DNA from: Dudresnaya verticillata
Lineage: Eukaryota
DNA length: 64,000 nucleotides
Direction: 5' to 3'
Assembly (NCBI GenBank): GCA_977862235.1
Contig: OZ374564.1
Span: 2,418,001-2,482,000, forward strand
Position numbers and translations under genes: made by a program. Within the stretch, counting starts at the first letter, position 1; each line of letters starts with the position of its first letter. This document shows, piece after piece, positions 34,048-46,718 of this stretch. Below the pieces are notes generated by a model. That model did no database searches and was not told the origin of the DNA. It worked only from the letters and a program-made list of their open reading frames with translations.

Positions 34048-36210
34048 AGGACAGTTCGTGGAAAGAGGGAAGACATCGAATAGCACAAAATTCATGCAGA
34101 AATCAGTTAGCTTTGAGAAAATGCACTCGAAACCAAGAAGTGTTCAACAATAGCTACAGAGTAGATCCATGTAGCATACCGTAAAAGAACTCTACATTGC
34201 GGGATGGCCCACCGTGTATTCAACTTGGAAACGTAGAGAAAAGCATGGGCGGGGTTTCAGTCTCCTTGAAACTCGACTTGCAACACTTTTCTGGGTGCAA
34301 GTGTAGCCTTTCCTCGATAGTTTCGTAACGGCTCTGCCTGAGATTGGGACGACATGTGCTTGCCAAAAGACATGCAAGTCTAAGTGAGTACCGATCCTTA
34401 CAACGTGTATGGTCGGAATAAATCATTTCGAATGCGCTTCACGACGCATCGCAATGGTGACTCCACGCCACGGTTCCACTGGAGACCATGCTGCAACTCA
34501 GGACCTGGATGGGAACCGGTCTCTCGACGAAACTCGCAGCCTCTTCACCGTTTGTCAGCTTGCGGCATTAAACTTTACGAGAGGGCTTTGTATTCACTGG
34601 CTTGTGACCACGCAACCTAACACACTGCCGTCGCCCTTACCACCCTCACCTAACGACCTCTTTTGTAGGACCACTTTATTCATGGGAACGCTAGAAGCGC
34701 CATATTGGGCTTAGCATTGACGGGTCTAGGCGACCGTCAACCAGCTTGTGCCGGTTAACAGACACAGCAACGCAGTTTACAACTAACGATTTGAGACGAA
34801 TAAGCAGAGATGGCTTTTCTCTCAGCAGTAGGGGCACAACGATCAGAGAGCGAGCGACGCACTCTCTTCTGCAATCAGAGCCGGGACCAATGGAATAGCC
34901 TCGTAGATGTCCATCACCATCGCATGGACGTCAGCATTGTCCTCCTCCGACTGTTCCGCTATGCTCCGCACTGATTGGCAGTGACCCACGGCGCACTGTA
35001 AGGCATAAAATGCGGCTAATTTTGGAGGGCCGAAGTGTTTTGATACAGAACGCAAAAAACTAGCGGTGCTCTGCGCTGTACTCTATTTGGTAAAATGCAC
35101 TTATCGAAGGTCATTTCATTCGATGCACAAAGTGTTTTCTTCTTATGGAAGGACGCTATTGTGACAAATGACCTTGTTCAAGCACGAGCACCCGCTATTG
35201 GCACCTACAAACCTGGTCGTCTCAATGTAACGCTGAAGAGTGCGTACACTACTGTACTTACAGAGAGAGCTGACCTCAGAAAAGAGCACAAGTCGCACTT
35301 CTTCATTACAGATAGGGAGCATTACCAAGTGAGGTTTACATAGCATTACTATCTCTAGGCACAATCAAGTTATAGCAATTGAAGCACAACAGGCTCTCCT
35401 TCTTCAACCATTTCAGTAGCTTATCCTACAATTCTGGAACAAAGCTCGAGTGTTGTCATTCTTTTGCTTGATGTGGCAACCGAAGCCTTGGTGTGGAGCG
35501 GAGAGGCTTTTCCCTCCTGTACAGGAACGCTCTGTGAGGATGCGAAAGCGTTCATTTTATCTTTGGGTCGGCTAAATCCTCCTTCTGGGATGCCGACCAT
35601 ACATAGAGCCCTCATATAAGATGATTGTCAATATCAGTTTCGACTAGGTAATAGAATTAGGGAAGCAGTCCATTTGAATGTGCCTGAATGTTGGTTTGTC
35701 CTAGCACCGTAGTACCCGTACAGTGATGCGCTTAATATAATGCTTAATGACACACATTGCTCCCTGAAAGCGAATGTTGGCGTAAACTGCCAAAATAACT
35801 AGAGTTGAGTAATGTGGCGGTTGCCGCCATTAGTAAACCTCCTAGTTATGCCAGCGCGACCTTTGCGGCAATAATTGCCACCGCGCCGGCTGCAACATTC
35901 TTCAATCTTACATATTGTCCTCATTAAAGGTATCTCTCTCAACTCATATGTGTGCTTCCCTGAATTGCTGTCAGTTTTATAAATATCAGATATGAAGCAT
36001 GTTCTCATCTCGCAGCCCCCCCGGCTATTGTTCTTTGCATTGTCATGCATGTTACCGTGATATAATATCAGTTGCATCTTCTTTATCCAGAGCCGTCGCT
36101 TCGTTGAGTCCAATATATAGTGATAACTAGTAACTCTGTCCTGTGCGAACGTACTCCTCTCTTCACGACAAGGAAGTAATTGTTGTTGAGAAAAGATCAA
36201 TGAAACAAGT

Positions 36211-37158
36211 ATGGCGATATCTACGATTTTTCTCTCAGCAGCCTTGCTACTCCTTGTATCGGCAACGAAGGTCTTCTCGGAACATACAGAGGAAATTCTC
36301 GAGACTTCTGTGCACAAGAGAGAACTTTGCGGTGGCTTTTGCACCTTCCGAATTTGCCGACCCAACCTCAACAACAACTTAAGAAGCATTGGGCAGAAAA
36401 TGGCGTCGGAAGTGCCTGGTGTCGCGGGCTACACGAATATCTGCAAACCAAGCAGAGAAGTTGGGCTGGTCTTGAAAACAGGGGAACCAATGATTAAAGT
36501 TGCTTCGGAGACCTACACCCCCCTTAATCGCTGGGCCCCCTCAGGCTTGTCTCCCAACTTTGCAAACCGGTACTTCAGAGCTCGTCGATCATCTCTTAAG
36601 GCTTATAGAACAACCCGTTCCGGAATTGTAAGGCTAATGACGGCTGGAAATCAATGGGACTATCTTGACGACAAGTGCATAGTGCTGCCAGTTCTTAAAT
36701 GGAAGGAAATCAATCCGGCAACCAAGGCCTTCGTCGGTATTAGAACATCTTCCAAGGCAACAAGAACAACAGATTGTGTTAGCTTCAAAACAGTTGCGCC
36801 GAAGATGCGGATCCAAGCTACGTGGCTTAACGATGCCGATGTGGACATGACCGTGATAGAGCCTAACGAAGACGTGTTAAGCCGGGCTAGCCCAAAAACT
36901 AGGTTTGGATTTTTCTTCCAAGACTCTGGTGTTGATCAGTGCGGTTTGAGGGAATTCTCCCGAGAGAAAGCTGTCTACCCGTCCGAATTTCAGAAAGGCC
37001 CTTATACTGTTAAGCTCGTAATGAGAAAGAAGTGTGCGGCGAAAAAGTTTAGATGGATCGTCAGGGTTATGCTTGATGGGAAACAAGTGTTCAGCCAAAC
37101 CGCAGTGACACGCGCAAAAAGGTTTGAGACAATTGCTACTCTCACCTTTGAAATTTAG
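36211..37158 (+). CDS. Secreted 315-aa basic protein with a C-terminal YfaP/DUF2135-like beta domain
   Basis: ATG start and hydrophobic signal peptide (IFLSAALLLLVSA). C-terminal W..DADVDMTVIEP...QDS...C...E...GPYTV pattern. Intronless ORF. Confidence 0.8.
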   Translation: MAISTIFLSAALLLLVSATKVFSEHTEEILETSVHKRELCGGFCTFRICRPNLNNNLRSIGQKMASEVPGVAGYTNICKPSREVGLVLKTGEPMIKVASETYTPLNRWAPSGLSPNFANRYFRARRSSLKAYRTTRSGIVRLMTAGNQWDYLDDKCIVLPVLKWKEINPATKAFVGIRTSSKATRTTDCVSFKTVAPKMRIQATWLNDADVDMTVIEPNEDVLSRASPKTRFGFFFQDSGVDQCGLREFSREKAVYPSEFQKGPYTVKLVMRKKCAAKKFRWIVRVMLDGKQVFSQTAVTRAKRFETIATLTFEI

Positions 37159-40100
37159 CACTGTTGCACGTGGCGACAACCTTGAAGGTGGCCACCGGCT
37201 TCGTACTATAATTGTGGCAATGCCCTAAAATGATAAGTAGAAATTTCTTAGATGACACAGGGCCAACCGACTTCTGGTTCTGGGACTAAGCTGTAGGTCT
37301 AGGCCATGTGGGCTTGGCGTTTGGTCTTCTTGACGCGGTAAACTCCAACTAGCATGCGGGCATTGGTGTGAGCGGCCGTTTCATTACTTCCAGATAATCC
37401 TCATGAGTAACTACAGTGTACTATACTGACTCAGCTAGGTCCGGTTTAACGGTCTATCTACAAGAGATAATAATCTCTTACCAGTATGTTCCAGTACTCA
37501 CTTTATTGATCAGAAATTTAGAAGCCCGCCCCGTAAGGGGCTTAGCAAGGACCCTGCTCTAGGCGACTGTGGGCCAACTTATGCTGGTTAACAGCCACAA
37601 TGACGCACTTTAGAACTAACTATGTGAGGCGAGTGAACACGGCTAACCTCTCGGCAGTGGGGCGAGGTTTTCTTCCCAGTGAGGGCAATTTTTTTACATA
37701 TCGATTAAAGTCGTCCTGTGTGGACAACAGGGCCCCATTTACAGGCACACTGATACCATGCACGATTATTTCCGAACTGAGGAAGAATGGGAAAGAGATT
37801 GCGAGGTCAGGCCGGCGGGAAGTGTTTATTGCGACTGTTGGAAAAATTGGAATCATTCTGTTATGTAACGATGAGCATAGTTACAAGAGAAGAACAGCCA
37901 TTATTTGGCCATTAATATACACGTATTTGCAGCTCACCTCAATTGTGTATCTTTATTACGTCTTTCCAACATGTTGGTTCCGTCCGCCGGGGCCCTTGTT
38001 CGGCCTAGGGGGAATGAAATGATGTTTACCACCTCAAATACGGCATGTACATTCTATACGAGTTTAGTAAGATTCACAGAATATTGTTAACAGTTCCTGT
38101 ATGCATATCCATGTAATGTTCCAATCGTTGTTTCTGACAGACAGTTTCAAGGCTACGTATAATCTGGTAAAGAAGACAATTTTCTGTTCTAATCAACCTC
38201 ACGTATCGTATGCGACTGTATGCTACTGTACTGCATAATTTTGCATAGTGTCTTGCAAGGGTCATTCTCCGGCAGGTATTGGGCTCTCGTAAGCTATCAC
38301 AAAGTTTGGAAATAACCACACCGATAGATTCTATTCCTGAAGCTATATTTGTAGAAATAGAATTTACCACATCGGATAGACATGCTCTTAGTGGGTTTGC
38401 GTCATCTCACACTATTTCTTAAGCACTCTTGTCTCCTCAAACAGTAAGGGCAGACAGGCAAGACTACAAAAGTATCAAGCATCAGGTGTTTTGTTTACGA
38501 AAGCCCTGGCATTCGGCTGCGCAAAGCTCCCCAAAAGGAGAAAACTTTACTACATATATTCTCAGCAACATCCCTCTTGCAACAGTGGTGTAAGATCCAG
38601 ATCCCATGTTGGCAAATAGGCGATGTTCTTAAGGGTCTCTGGTCTTCTGCATCTCATGGAAGCCCAGACCAGTCCAAAATTCCGATTAATACTCAGAGGA
38701 AAATACTTTATTGCATAGAATCAACGGTTCACTGACCCGTGCTCACTACTCACTGGGCGATGTGCGAGAAGCTGGGCCGTACTGCAGGCCTTTGCACCTT
38801 TGACTTCTCCAACAAGTTCTAGCCTTTTCTTTCTAGTCTAACAGCCATATGCCAGTGTCTAGGGCTCATTTGAGACCCATCGAATATCTCTGTCATTAGT
38901 TTAGGTCAAATAGCCCCATGCTCTCCGTGATGCCCTGCAGGTTCGCCAACACTGGACTCAAAGCACCGGAAAGACCTTGTCCATCCGAAAATGTACTGTG
39001 ATGTTACAAGTCGTCGCGGCGGCCGCGCAAACCCTCTGGCACCAATCCACACCGAGATATCTCGGTGTTCGTATCTCCCCCTCTGGGGCTGAAACGTCTA
39101 CAATCATTTTACGTCTCACCTCCCGCCAAGAAAGTTTTGCACTACCTCACATTCATGGCATTCCTGTCAGATAAGATTCCACCAAAAACTGCAACATTCA
39201 TGTTCATGGCATTTATCCACCCCCTCTACGAACATCGCAGGGCGCTTGTGCTCTACATTGCACTGGTCTTGCGAGCTATCGATGGCTTGCACGCAGACTT
39301 CTTCCGCGTGATAATCTCACAGCGGTCGCCCCTGATGCCTCAAACCCGTCTATGTAAGCTCCGCACCCTCTTCCAGATGGAAACCCCGACACTGCGGTAG
39401 CGGGCACTGCAGAACAAACTTGGTGCCAATTTTGTATCGCCTGGTAAGAACACCCGGCTCCCGTACATTCTGGCAGGCCCCAAGACACTCCAGGCCCTCC
39501 CCAAAAATCCCTACCCCTTCTCTTCAACGCGTCTTGCAACACCCGTTCTCCCACGCCCAAGTTGTTGCTGGCAATTACAAGGTGTGGAAAGCTGCGCTTG
39601 CGAGTTGCCGCCCTGCACCTGTTTCACACCCAAACTCCCTTCCGCCAGCGCTGCTCCTCCCTGACTACCACGATCGGCTCCTTGCCATCCGTTGGCACCT
39701 TTGCCCCTTTCCTACCCCACCACGCGGCCCTCCGCTCGCAGTCACCGGCTCTTTTTAAGTTGTCAAAAGCCAACCCGACCAAGGCTGATCTTTCTGCTAT
39801 CTCGACGACGAGCCGTGTCATTCGTGATCTCTGCGCGACTGCTTTCCCGTTCCCCTGGTTCCTGTCGCCCCCCTCCTCCCGCTCCCCGCCCCGGTAACAT
39901 CCCCTGCCGTGTGCTCTCTAACGATACTAAGGAACTCTACTTTGGCCCTTTGGGCTGGTGTACCTGCTAATGGGCCCTTGTCGCCGGCGTAGCGCGTAGG
40001 ACCACCTTAGACAACCCATTAAAACTGAATCGCGGACCCCCCCCCCGTACGGCGAACTTCAGCTGCAACCACTCGACGACTTCTTACGACGCTCTTCTAC

Positions 40101-42421
40101 CTGTCCGAGCAAAATTCTCGAAAGCTCTTACCACCATTAGCCACGCCATCACACGATCTGCCGCATTGCCTATATATCACATCCACCCTCCCAGAGCCTG
40201 TCCTACGTTCCATATCAGAGGGTCTATATAGCTATTCTCGGGTCTGGCTCTTCCGTCTGGGCCCCAGACACCAGACCAGCTATATTGAGCCCTAGTGTGA
40301 CACACCTAGTATCCTCATCTTCGGAATCCTAATAGCTTCATTTTCTTCGGGTCTCAAGTTGCGGCCTGGGACTCTGCCGAATCCAAATCCAGAACGATAA
40401 GCGATATGCATACAATTAAACATTCATATATGTTTTACCGGTTCTATTGCGTTACTCGACTTTACGTGAGTTGGCTCGCATACCTGTTCGTTCTTGGGTA
40501 TAAATGCCTTTCTTTTTACCAGATTACTCAGATTCAGCTCTACTTATACTCACAGCCAGCTGGTTCTCTATCAACCTAGGTTGTCGATTCCAATGTAGTG
40601 TGTGTAACAGTAGCTGACATTGTCAAAAGCGAACAGTTAATGGTAGCCGCAAAGTACAACATAGCATATCTTATCTGTTTAGAGAAATTTGCTTGCCCGA
40701 TTCATCAGCTCGATCTCCTTATCTGACTTCCGTAGCTGTACGGCTTATCCAACAATAATTCAGGATTCATGTTGCTTTCTAACCTTCATAAAGCCTTTGA
40801 GTTTTTCCTTTTTTATTATGCCTTCTTCCTTTATGCAATACCTGATGCACATTCTGCTTCTAGCCATCGCTTGATATTGGGAGCTGTTATCTATTTCATC
40901 CCTCCCCATATTTCCCCAACAACGCTCCGTCCAGTTGCTGCTCCACTGCGTTCTTTTGCTGTTTTGAATTTGGTGCAGTGCCTGTTAACCGCGCCGCGCT
41001 CGCACATGGGCCATCCCGCCCGGTAGTGCCCAGGGTGGCCGGTGCAGCGCGCATCTGTGCACGATCGGGCCAACGCACGGCTAGTATTCGCCATTGACAA
41101 TAAAAAGCCTATTCATGTGAAAGCCCCTGGGCCGTCAAGACTCTCGCTCTATCAGCCCCTCTGGATCACAATCCGTACGGTCCCGCACTCCGGTTGGAGC
41201 TGCATATTTTGGTGCGCCTATCTGGGCGTTGTATCATTTTCATTTCCTGCTTCTTTTGTAGATGGCTGAGCCTCAAACTCAACTCATGCCTGGCTCACAC
41301 TGTATAAATTGCAGTGCATTCTTTAGTCTGGGAGCTCACTCGGCTATGTAAAAAATAATACTTGATGTGCTTTGTTCTTCTGACTACTGCTCGACATTAG
41401 GGGCCGTTTTGCATTCGCGGAAAATGGAACGGAAGTGGACTGGAACAGACATGCTTGTCCTCCTATCAAAGTTATTGGCCCTAGTTTTCATCGCTTCCTT
41501 CGTTCTTAACTTGACTGCAGTTTTGGATACTATTGCAGTATCTTAGAGCATGCTCGAGGTCGCTATGCATCGCAAAAACTGTCCTTCGTCTGTTCTTTGC
41601 AAATGACTCCGACACAAGTAGGCACAGTCACCAAACCGTATTCACAGTCTTGGCATCAGAATTGGCTACGAGATAGTGTTCTAAAGCCATCACTCTACAT
41701 CACTGAATACAGAGTCATAGTATGGTATGATGATATCATGATACAGAAAGAGGAATAGTTATGATAAAGACTAGTACGACTGCATGGTTTCAAATTGTCA
41801 AGTGGAGTTCAAAGGAGCGAAAGAGGCAACTCAGCTTGAAATGTTATGCCGATCTACTAAGCATAGTGACGTAAAACTACATACGCCAGAACGTTATCGA
41901 CGTTGCTCTGCTACGTTTGGAGAGAAGAAATTAACAGTTTGCAATCGCTCTCACGACAAACACGGGTGCAGCACGAAAACTCGTAGGCTTCGAGCAAAGT
42001 CGAGAGAGCATGATCGATACTGACAACTCCGCGATCCTCCTTCTCCTGCATCAACAAGGCCCCTCTTCAACACAAACGTCTCGGCTCTCCATCACACTTC
42101 GCATTCTTTAGTACACAGATACTGTTTGGGAAAGGAAACGGTAGAAAATTGGGTATATTATGCTCCAGTAATGGAGAAGTGTTGCTACCTGGAAGTTCCT
42201 TTTAGAGATTTATTACTACGGCGGGTTGGTTCCTTGAGATTGACTCTAGCTTACAGAAGGGAGAGATCACATCACCATCTGATGGAGCATCACTGCAAAG
42301 TACTGGAGTTCTCCTTTCTGAATAAAGTTCCCCGTCTGCCTATTACAGGGTAGCGAATAAGCCGAGCATCTCAGAGGGTGTCATTCCAACGTTTCATCAT
42401 TGGCAGACCTGGTCTGCTCGC

Positions 42422-42745
42422 TTAGTTGCTGCAATAGCCAGAGCAGGTCCTCCTTCGAGTAGAATAGAAACAGCTCAACGGTCCTAAGTTAGAATTGGTC
42501 CACCCTCCCTTAAGGCAGCATCTGCGTCTCCCAAATATATTCGTCTTGTACTCATAACACGCTGGCCTGCCATTGTCTCTGCGTGTCTTGCTCTTGGTCC
42601 TCCTGCCAAATACCCTCCTTATCTTGATAATGGCCTTCTGGCCAGGTAGGCAGCATTTTGTACTTGTACTGCCCTCGGAGGTTTGGGGCAGCGCCAGTTG
42701 GACGATCAGCAGGAGTAGAACTGCGACAGCTTTCATTGCCACCAT
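42422..42745 (-). CDS. Small secreted cationic Cys-rich protein (107 aa, 8 Cys)
   Basis: AAAATGG start context, signal peptide (AVAVLLLLIVQLAL), 8 Cys, Arg/Lys-rich. TATATAAG lies ~145 bp upstream. Confidence 0.7.
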   Translation of the reverse strand: MVAMKAVAVLLLLIVQLALPQTSEGSTSTKCCLPGQKAIIKIRRVFGRRTKSKTRRDNGRPACYEYKTNIFGRRRCCLKGGWTNSNLGPLSCFYSTRRRTCSGYCSN

Positions 42746-43759
42746 TTTGGCAAGGAGATAGTGAACAAGGCCCGCTTGCGTTTGATACTTCTATTGAAAC
42801 GGCCTGAGTGACCTTCAGAACGGTGGCAGCACGTTTTGCTTGGGGAAATGTCAGGGCCTTCAGAATAAGATGCGTGTGCTTGAGCTTATATACAGTTCAC
42901 CAGTGCGACCTCGTTGTATTGCGTCCGTATCTATTGTCTTGAAGGCGAGAGGACGAAAAATATCACAGCTAGCCCTTGGCAAAGAGTGGAGCAGCTACAA
43001 ATGGAAGAACTGAAGCTACTCCTGTCTTTTGAAAGTTGGTGGCGGATTGCGGCCCATGCCCGCTTCCACTTACATTATTTGAGAAGCACGTAGAGTAAGT
43101 GCTTGAAAAGTTTCGTGCCAGGGAAGGAGGAACCTACATGTCGTTGACGGGTCCTGGTCTCAAATAAGGAACCCACACTCCATAAATAGGAAGATCGGGT
43201 ATCGCTGTTGTCAGTAGAACGTATTGCGATTCAGCGCTGGGTTCGCTGCAACATGGTCCTTGATATCTAGCCCCCCCCTCTTGGAAATCACGAATCATTA
43301 ATGAAGGAGATCGTATATTCAAGACTACAGACTAACCGTGTATTAGTGCTGTAATGAAGAGGGTATAAAGCAGGCGGGGAAGTACTTTGCGATGATTATC
43401 GCCAACAGCAACGCACAGTAGAACCAGGGTAGTGGCTCATTGCTACTAGGAACAACCTTTATTTTCTTCTAAAAGCAGCAAACCTGGGACAAGGTCTAAC
43501 TACCAGGAAGCATTGCAGGAGGAGGGGATAGGGTGCGGCGATTCACGCTAACTGCAACACATTGAAGAACGAGCGTAGTAAGAGACAATAATAGAGCAAA
43601 CTTCTTAGCGATGTGGGAGGTCCCTTTCTTGACAGCAATGTAGTCAGCGAGCGACACTGAATACCGGTGGCAAAACCGACTCCAATACGGCCGTATACAT
43701 CAATAACCATAGCATGCAAATCCATGCCTAGGCTTCCACGCACACGCCTGACCGGTGCA

Positions 43760-43817
43760 CGTTAGGCTATAGCTTGACCGGGCGCTCTCGTTAGGCTATA
43801 GCTTGACCGGGCGCTCT
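43760..43817. repeat. Perfect 29-bp tandem duplication
   Basis: CGTTAGGCTATAGCTTGACCGGGCGCTCT x2. Confidence 0.9.
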
Positions 43818-44605
43818 ATCAGTGCTACGGTGAAGAGAATGAGGACTGATAATGGAGACATCGAAACCTTGTTGACGAGGTGCAAAAGCTAGCGTTATCG
43901 AGATATAAATCCATGCGGAGATATTTACGTCGAGGAACAGGCTCTCCAGAATGTAATCGAGCAAGGTGCCGATCATCACGAGCACATTCGAGCGAAGTTC
44001 GATTAGATGCTTGCACTGGGTTTCCAACACGATGTTCGTCAGCATAATCAAAGTGGTGCTCAATCGCAACTGTAACCCCATTCTGACCGGCAATGTTTTT
44101 AAAGAATGAAGTCAACCGATCTCGAAGAAGGTTTTGAATTATGACTCACTCCTACTAGTGAGGGCATTTCGAAAGTAACGAACATAGCATGAGCAGACAC
44201 GAAAGATGCACTGCAGTATCCTCTTTGAAAGAAGGGAAGGAACATATGTCACCGCGTAAACTTTTAAGGAGACACATCTAGCTAGCCTGCAGAAGCCAGT
44301 ATAGCCGATTTAGAATACAACACGTAAATGCAGCAAAACTTGATGCTCCAGTGCCGAGTTTTCGCAATACAGCACTGTAAATCACTCAAGTGGAACCGAA
44401 ATCGGAATGCCAAAATCCATGACTGTAAGATACGCAAAATAATGGTCGCACTCGTCCGGAAATACCGCTTTGAACGTGAGCACTCACCTTCTCCATCGTT
44501 GCCCGCGTGGCGCACGGTGTCCTCCTGCCTGTACCCCCAATATCCGCGCTGACGGAGCTGTCGGTCCAAGTGTGCCTCGACCGCACCCGTTCCTCTCGAA
44601 CGAAC

Positions 44606-46718
44606 ATGACGCGCGTCTTCGAGAAACAAATCCCTCCAGCGGGCGCCGCCGCCGCCGCATCATCAGCTCCCTCCTCCAACTCCCGCGTGGGCGCTCTCAT
44701 CGTCGCTACCTTCCTGATCTCGGCGCTTCTCTCCCACGTCGCGACAGTCAACCTCCCACATTTGCGAGCCCTAGGCAACTCCAGCACCACGATCGCCACC
44801 GCCCCGGCCGCCGCCGCCGCCGCCGCCACCCCAATCGCCGCGCCGCCCCCTCTTCCACCGCGCTTGTCAACCGCCGGCCGTCGCGCGAAACGCCTCGCAA
44901 CCTCGTGGCTGCGCCATTTGCGCGCCTCCTCCCCCTCCGGCCGCATCGCCACTACGCGCATCGGCTGCCGTGAGTACGAGGCTGGCGCACAGAGCTGCGT
45001 CTATGAGGGCTTCATCTGCATCAACGTCTCGCGAGATAGCCCGTCTGGCCGCCCTGAGGTCTACTTCGTCGACGACACCAAGGAAGACTTTGACCAAGTC
45101 CCGTCGGATAACTGGTGCCACTTGCGCCACCAGTCCGCAGATCCGAGGTACTACGCCACCCGCCAATGGCCCATTCTGAACTACACCGTCGCCCCGCGTA
45201 CCTCCTGTCTCAACGCCTTCTATCGCACAAAGAAAAGCTTGCTCGGACGTTCCCTGGATAGGCCACAGGGTGCTGATTGGACCAATGAACAGCTATTGCG
45301 CCGGCAAAAAGTCAAGTGGGTTGACGATGCCTGGCTCGTTGACCTCGACTATGCCGATAACAATCACAACAACCATCTCTTGATGGACATAATCTGGTTC
45401 CTTGATGTAGTCTTGTGGCAGGCTGCCGTCGACTTGAACCCAAGGCCGGGCTTGGCCGATCCGAAGAGCCCTTTCAATGACACCACAGGGCATTTGTTTG
45501 CGCTGTCCATGCCGCGCGCATACTTGCCGCAGAGCGAAGCGCAGTTTAACGCACAGACATCACGAGATATTAACAGGCTTGTATACGCACTCGTCCTGCA
45601 GCTCAACCTGTCGCGGCTTTACCCAGACCTCACAAAGCAGCAGCTCCAAAAGCCGCAAGACGAACAGCGCCTTGCCACACCGTTGCTTGAAGCCTATCCA
45701 GAGCTCAAGCAGAGCGAGCGCCTCACGTTCCATACTGACATTCGAAGAGATAACACCACCAATCTTGTTTGCATGCCACGCTTCACTGTCGGAGCAAAGA
45801 TCGGAAACGGTGCACATGAGCGCGTTTGCAGATATATGCGTCGTCGCAGTTATGAGCTGTATGGTATCCCTGAGCTACCCATGACCAGCGTGGGCCAGAT
45901 ATACTATCCGCAGCCTCCGAAAAGGATTGTCATCTTGCAGCGGCACATTTCTAGAGGTATCGAAAACTTGGATGGTCTCGAGAAGGCCCTTCACAATGCG
46001 TTTGACAAGTACGAAGTCGAGATCGAAGTAATCCCTACGGACAAGGTTCAGACCGCAGAAGAGCACGTCCGGGTTTTCTCTCGAGCTGGAGTTCTCCTCA
46101 CGTCCCACGGTTCCCAGTCAATGGGGCTCATATGGATGCCGCGACACAGGTGCGTCCTCGGTTCTGGTGTGCCTCCAGCGTCCACTGCTGGCACTGTGCT
46201 TCAAGATTTGCATTATGCCATCCTGCCAACGTTGTATTCCTCTCTTTGCTTGCTAACATGCTTTCCGCATTTCTTGTGTTCCAATATCTGCGCTATGTCG
46301 TCGTGCACGCAGTGCCATCATAGAGGTGATGAATGTTGGCTATACTGACTATGCCTTCAACTTGCTGTCAGAGAGCTGCAAGGTGTGGTACTACGAGCTG
46401 CAGAGCTTGCGGCTTCCAGGTAAGTTGGGGTTTCAATAGCCCGAGAGTTTTGAAATGCCCTACTTGTCAAAGCGTCATCCATTGCTCTAACCATTTTAAG
46501 AACCTCCGTCATAACATTCGTGGTGTCCAGGAAAACCCAAGAAGTTTTACACGGAGAACTGCAAGTACAAGGTTCCACATACTCTCAACCCTTGCAACGC
46601 AGTCAAGGGTGAAAAAGTAGTTGTGGATATCCCGGACGCTGTCAAGACGATAACCCTTGCCCTCGAACGCATGGGTTACGATGTCGGGGCGTGGCAGAAG
46701 ACGATGAAGAACGGCTAG
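44606..46718 (+). CDS. Type II membrane glycosyltransferase, GT61/DUF563-like; exons 44606-46149, 46313-46419, 46531-46718
   Basis: N-terminal TM helix and Ala/Pro stem. N..HLLMD, ILQRHISRGIEN and E.VRVFSRAGVLLTSHGSQSMGLIWMPRHS|AIIEV match the GT61 signature. GT-AG introns have CTAAC branch points, and splicing keeps the frame to TAG at 46716-46718. Confidence 0.85.

Noticed and set aside
46150..46348. C-terminus of the 613-aa ORF (CVLGSGVPP...CWLY)
   Set aside because: This is intron read-through. The GT61 motif resumes after the AG at 46312.
46501..46513. Alternative acceptor at 46500 for GT61 intron 2
   Set aside because: It gives a stop after four codons. The acceptor at 46530 yields a plausible C-terminus, though the alternative cannot be excluded without RNA data.
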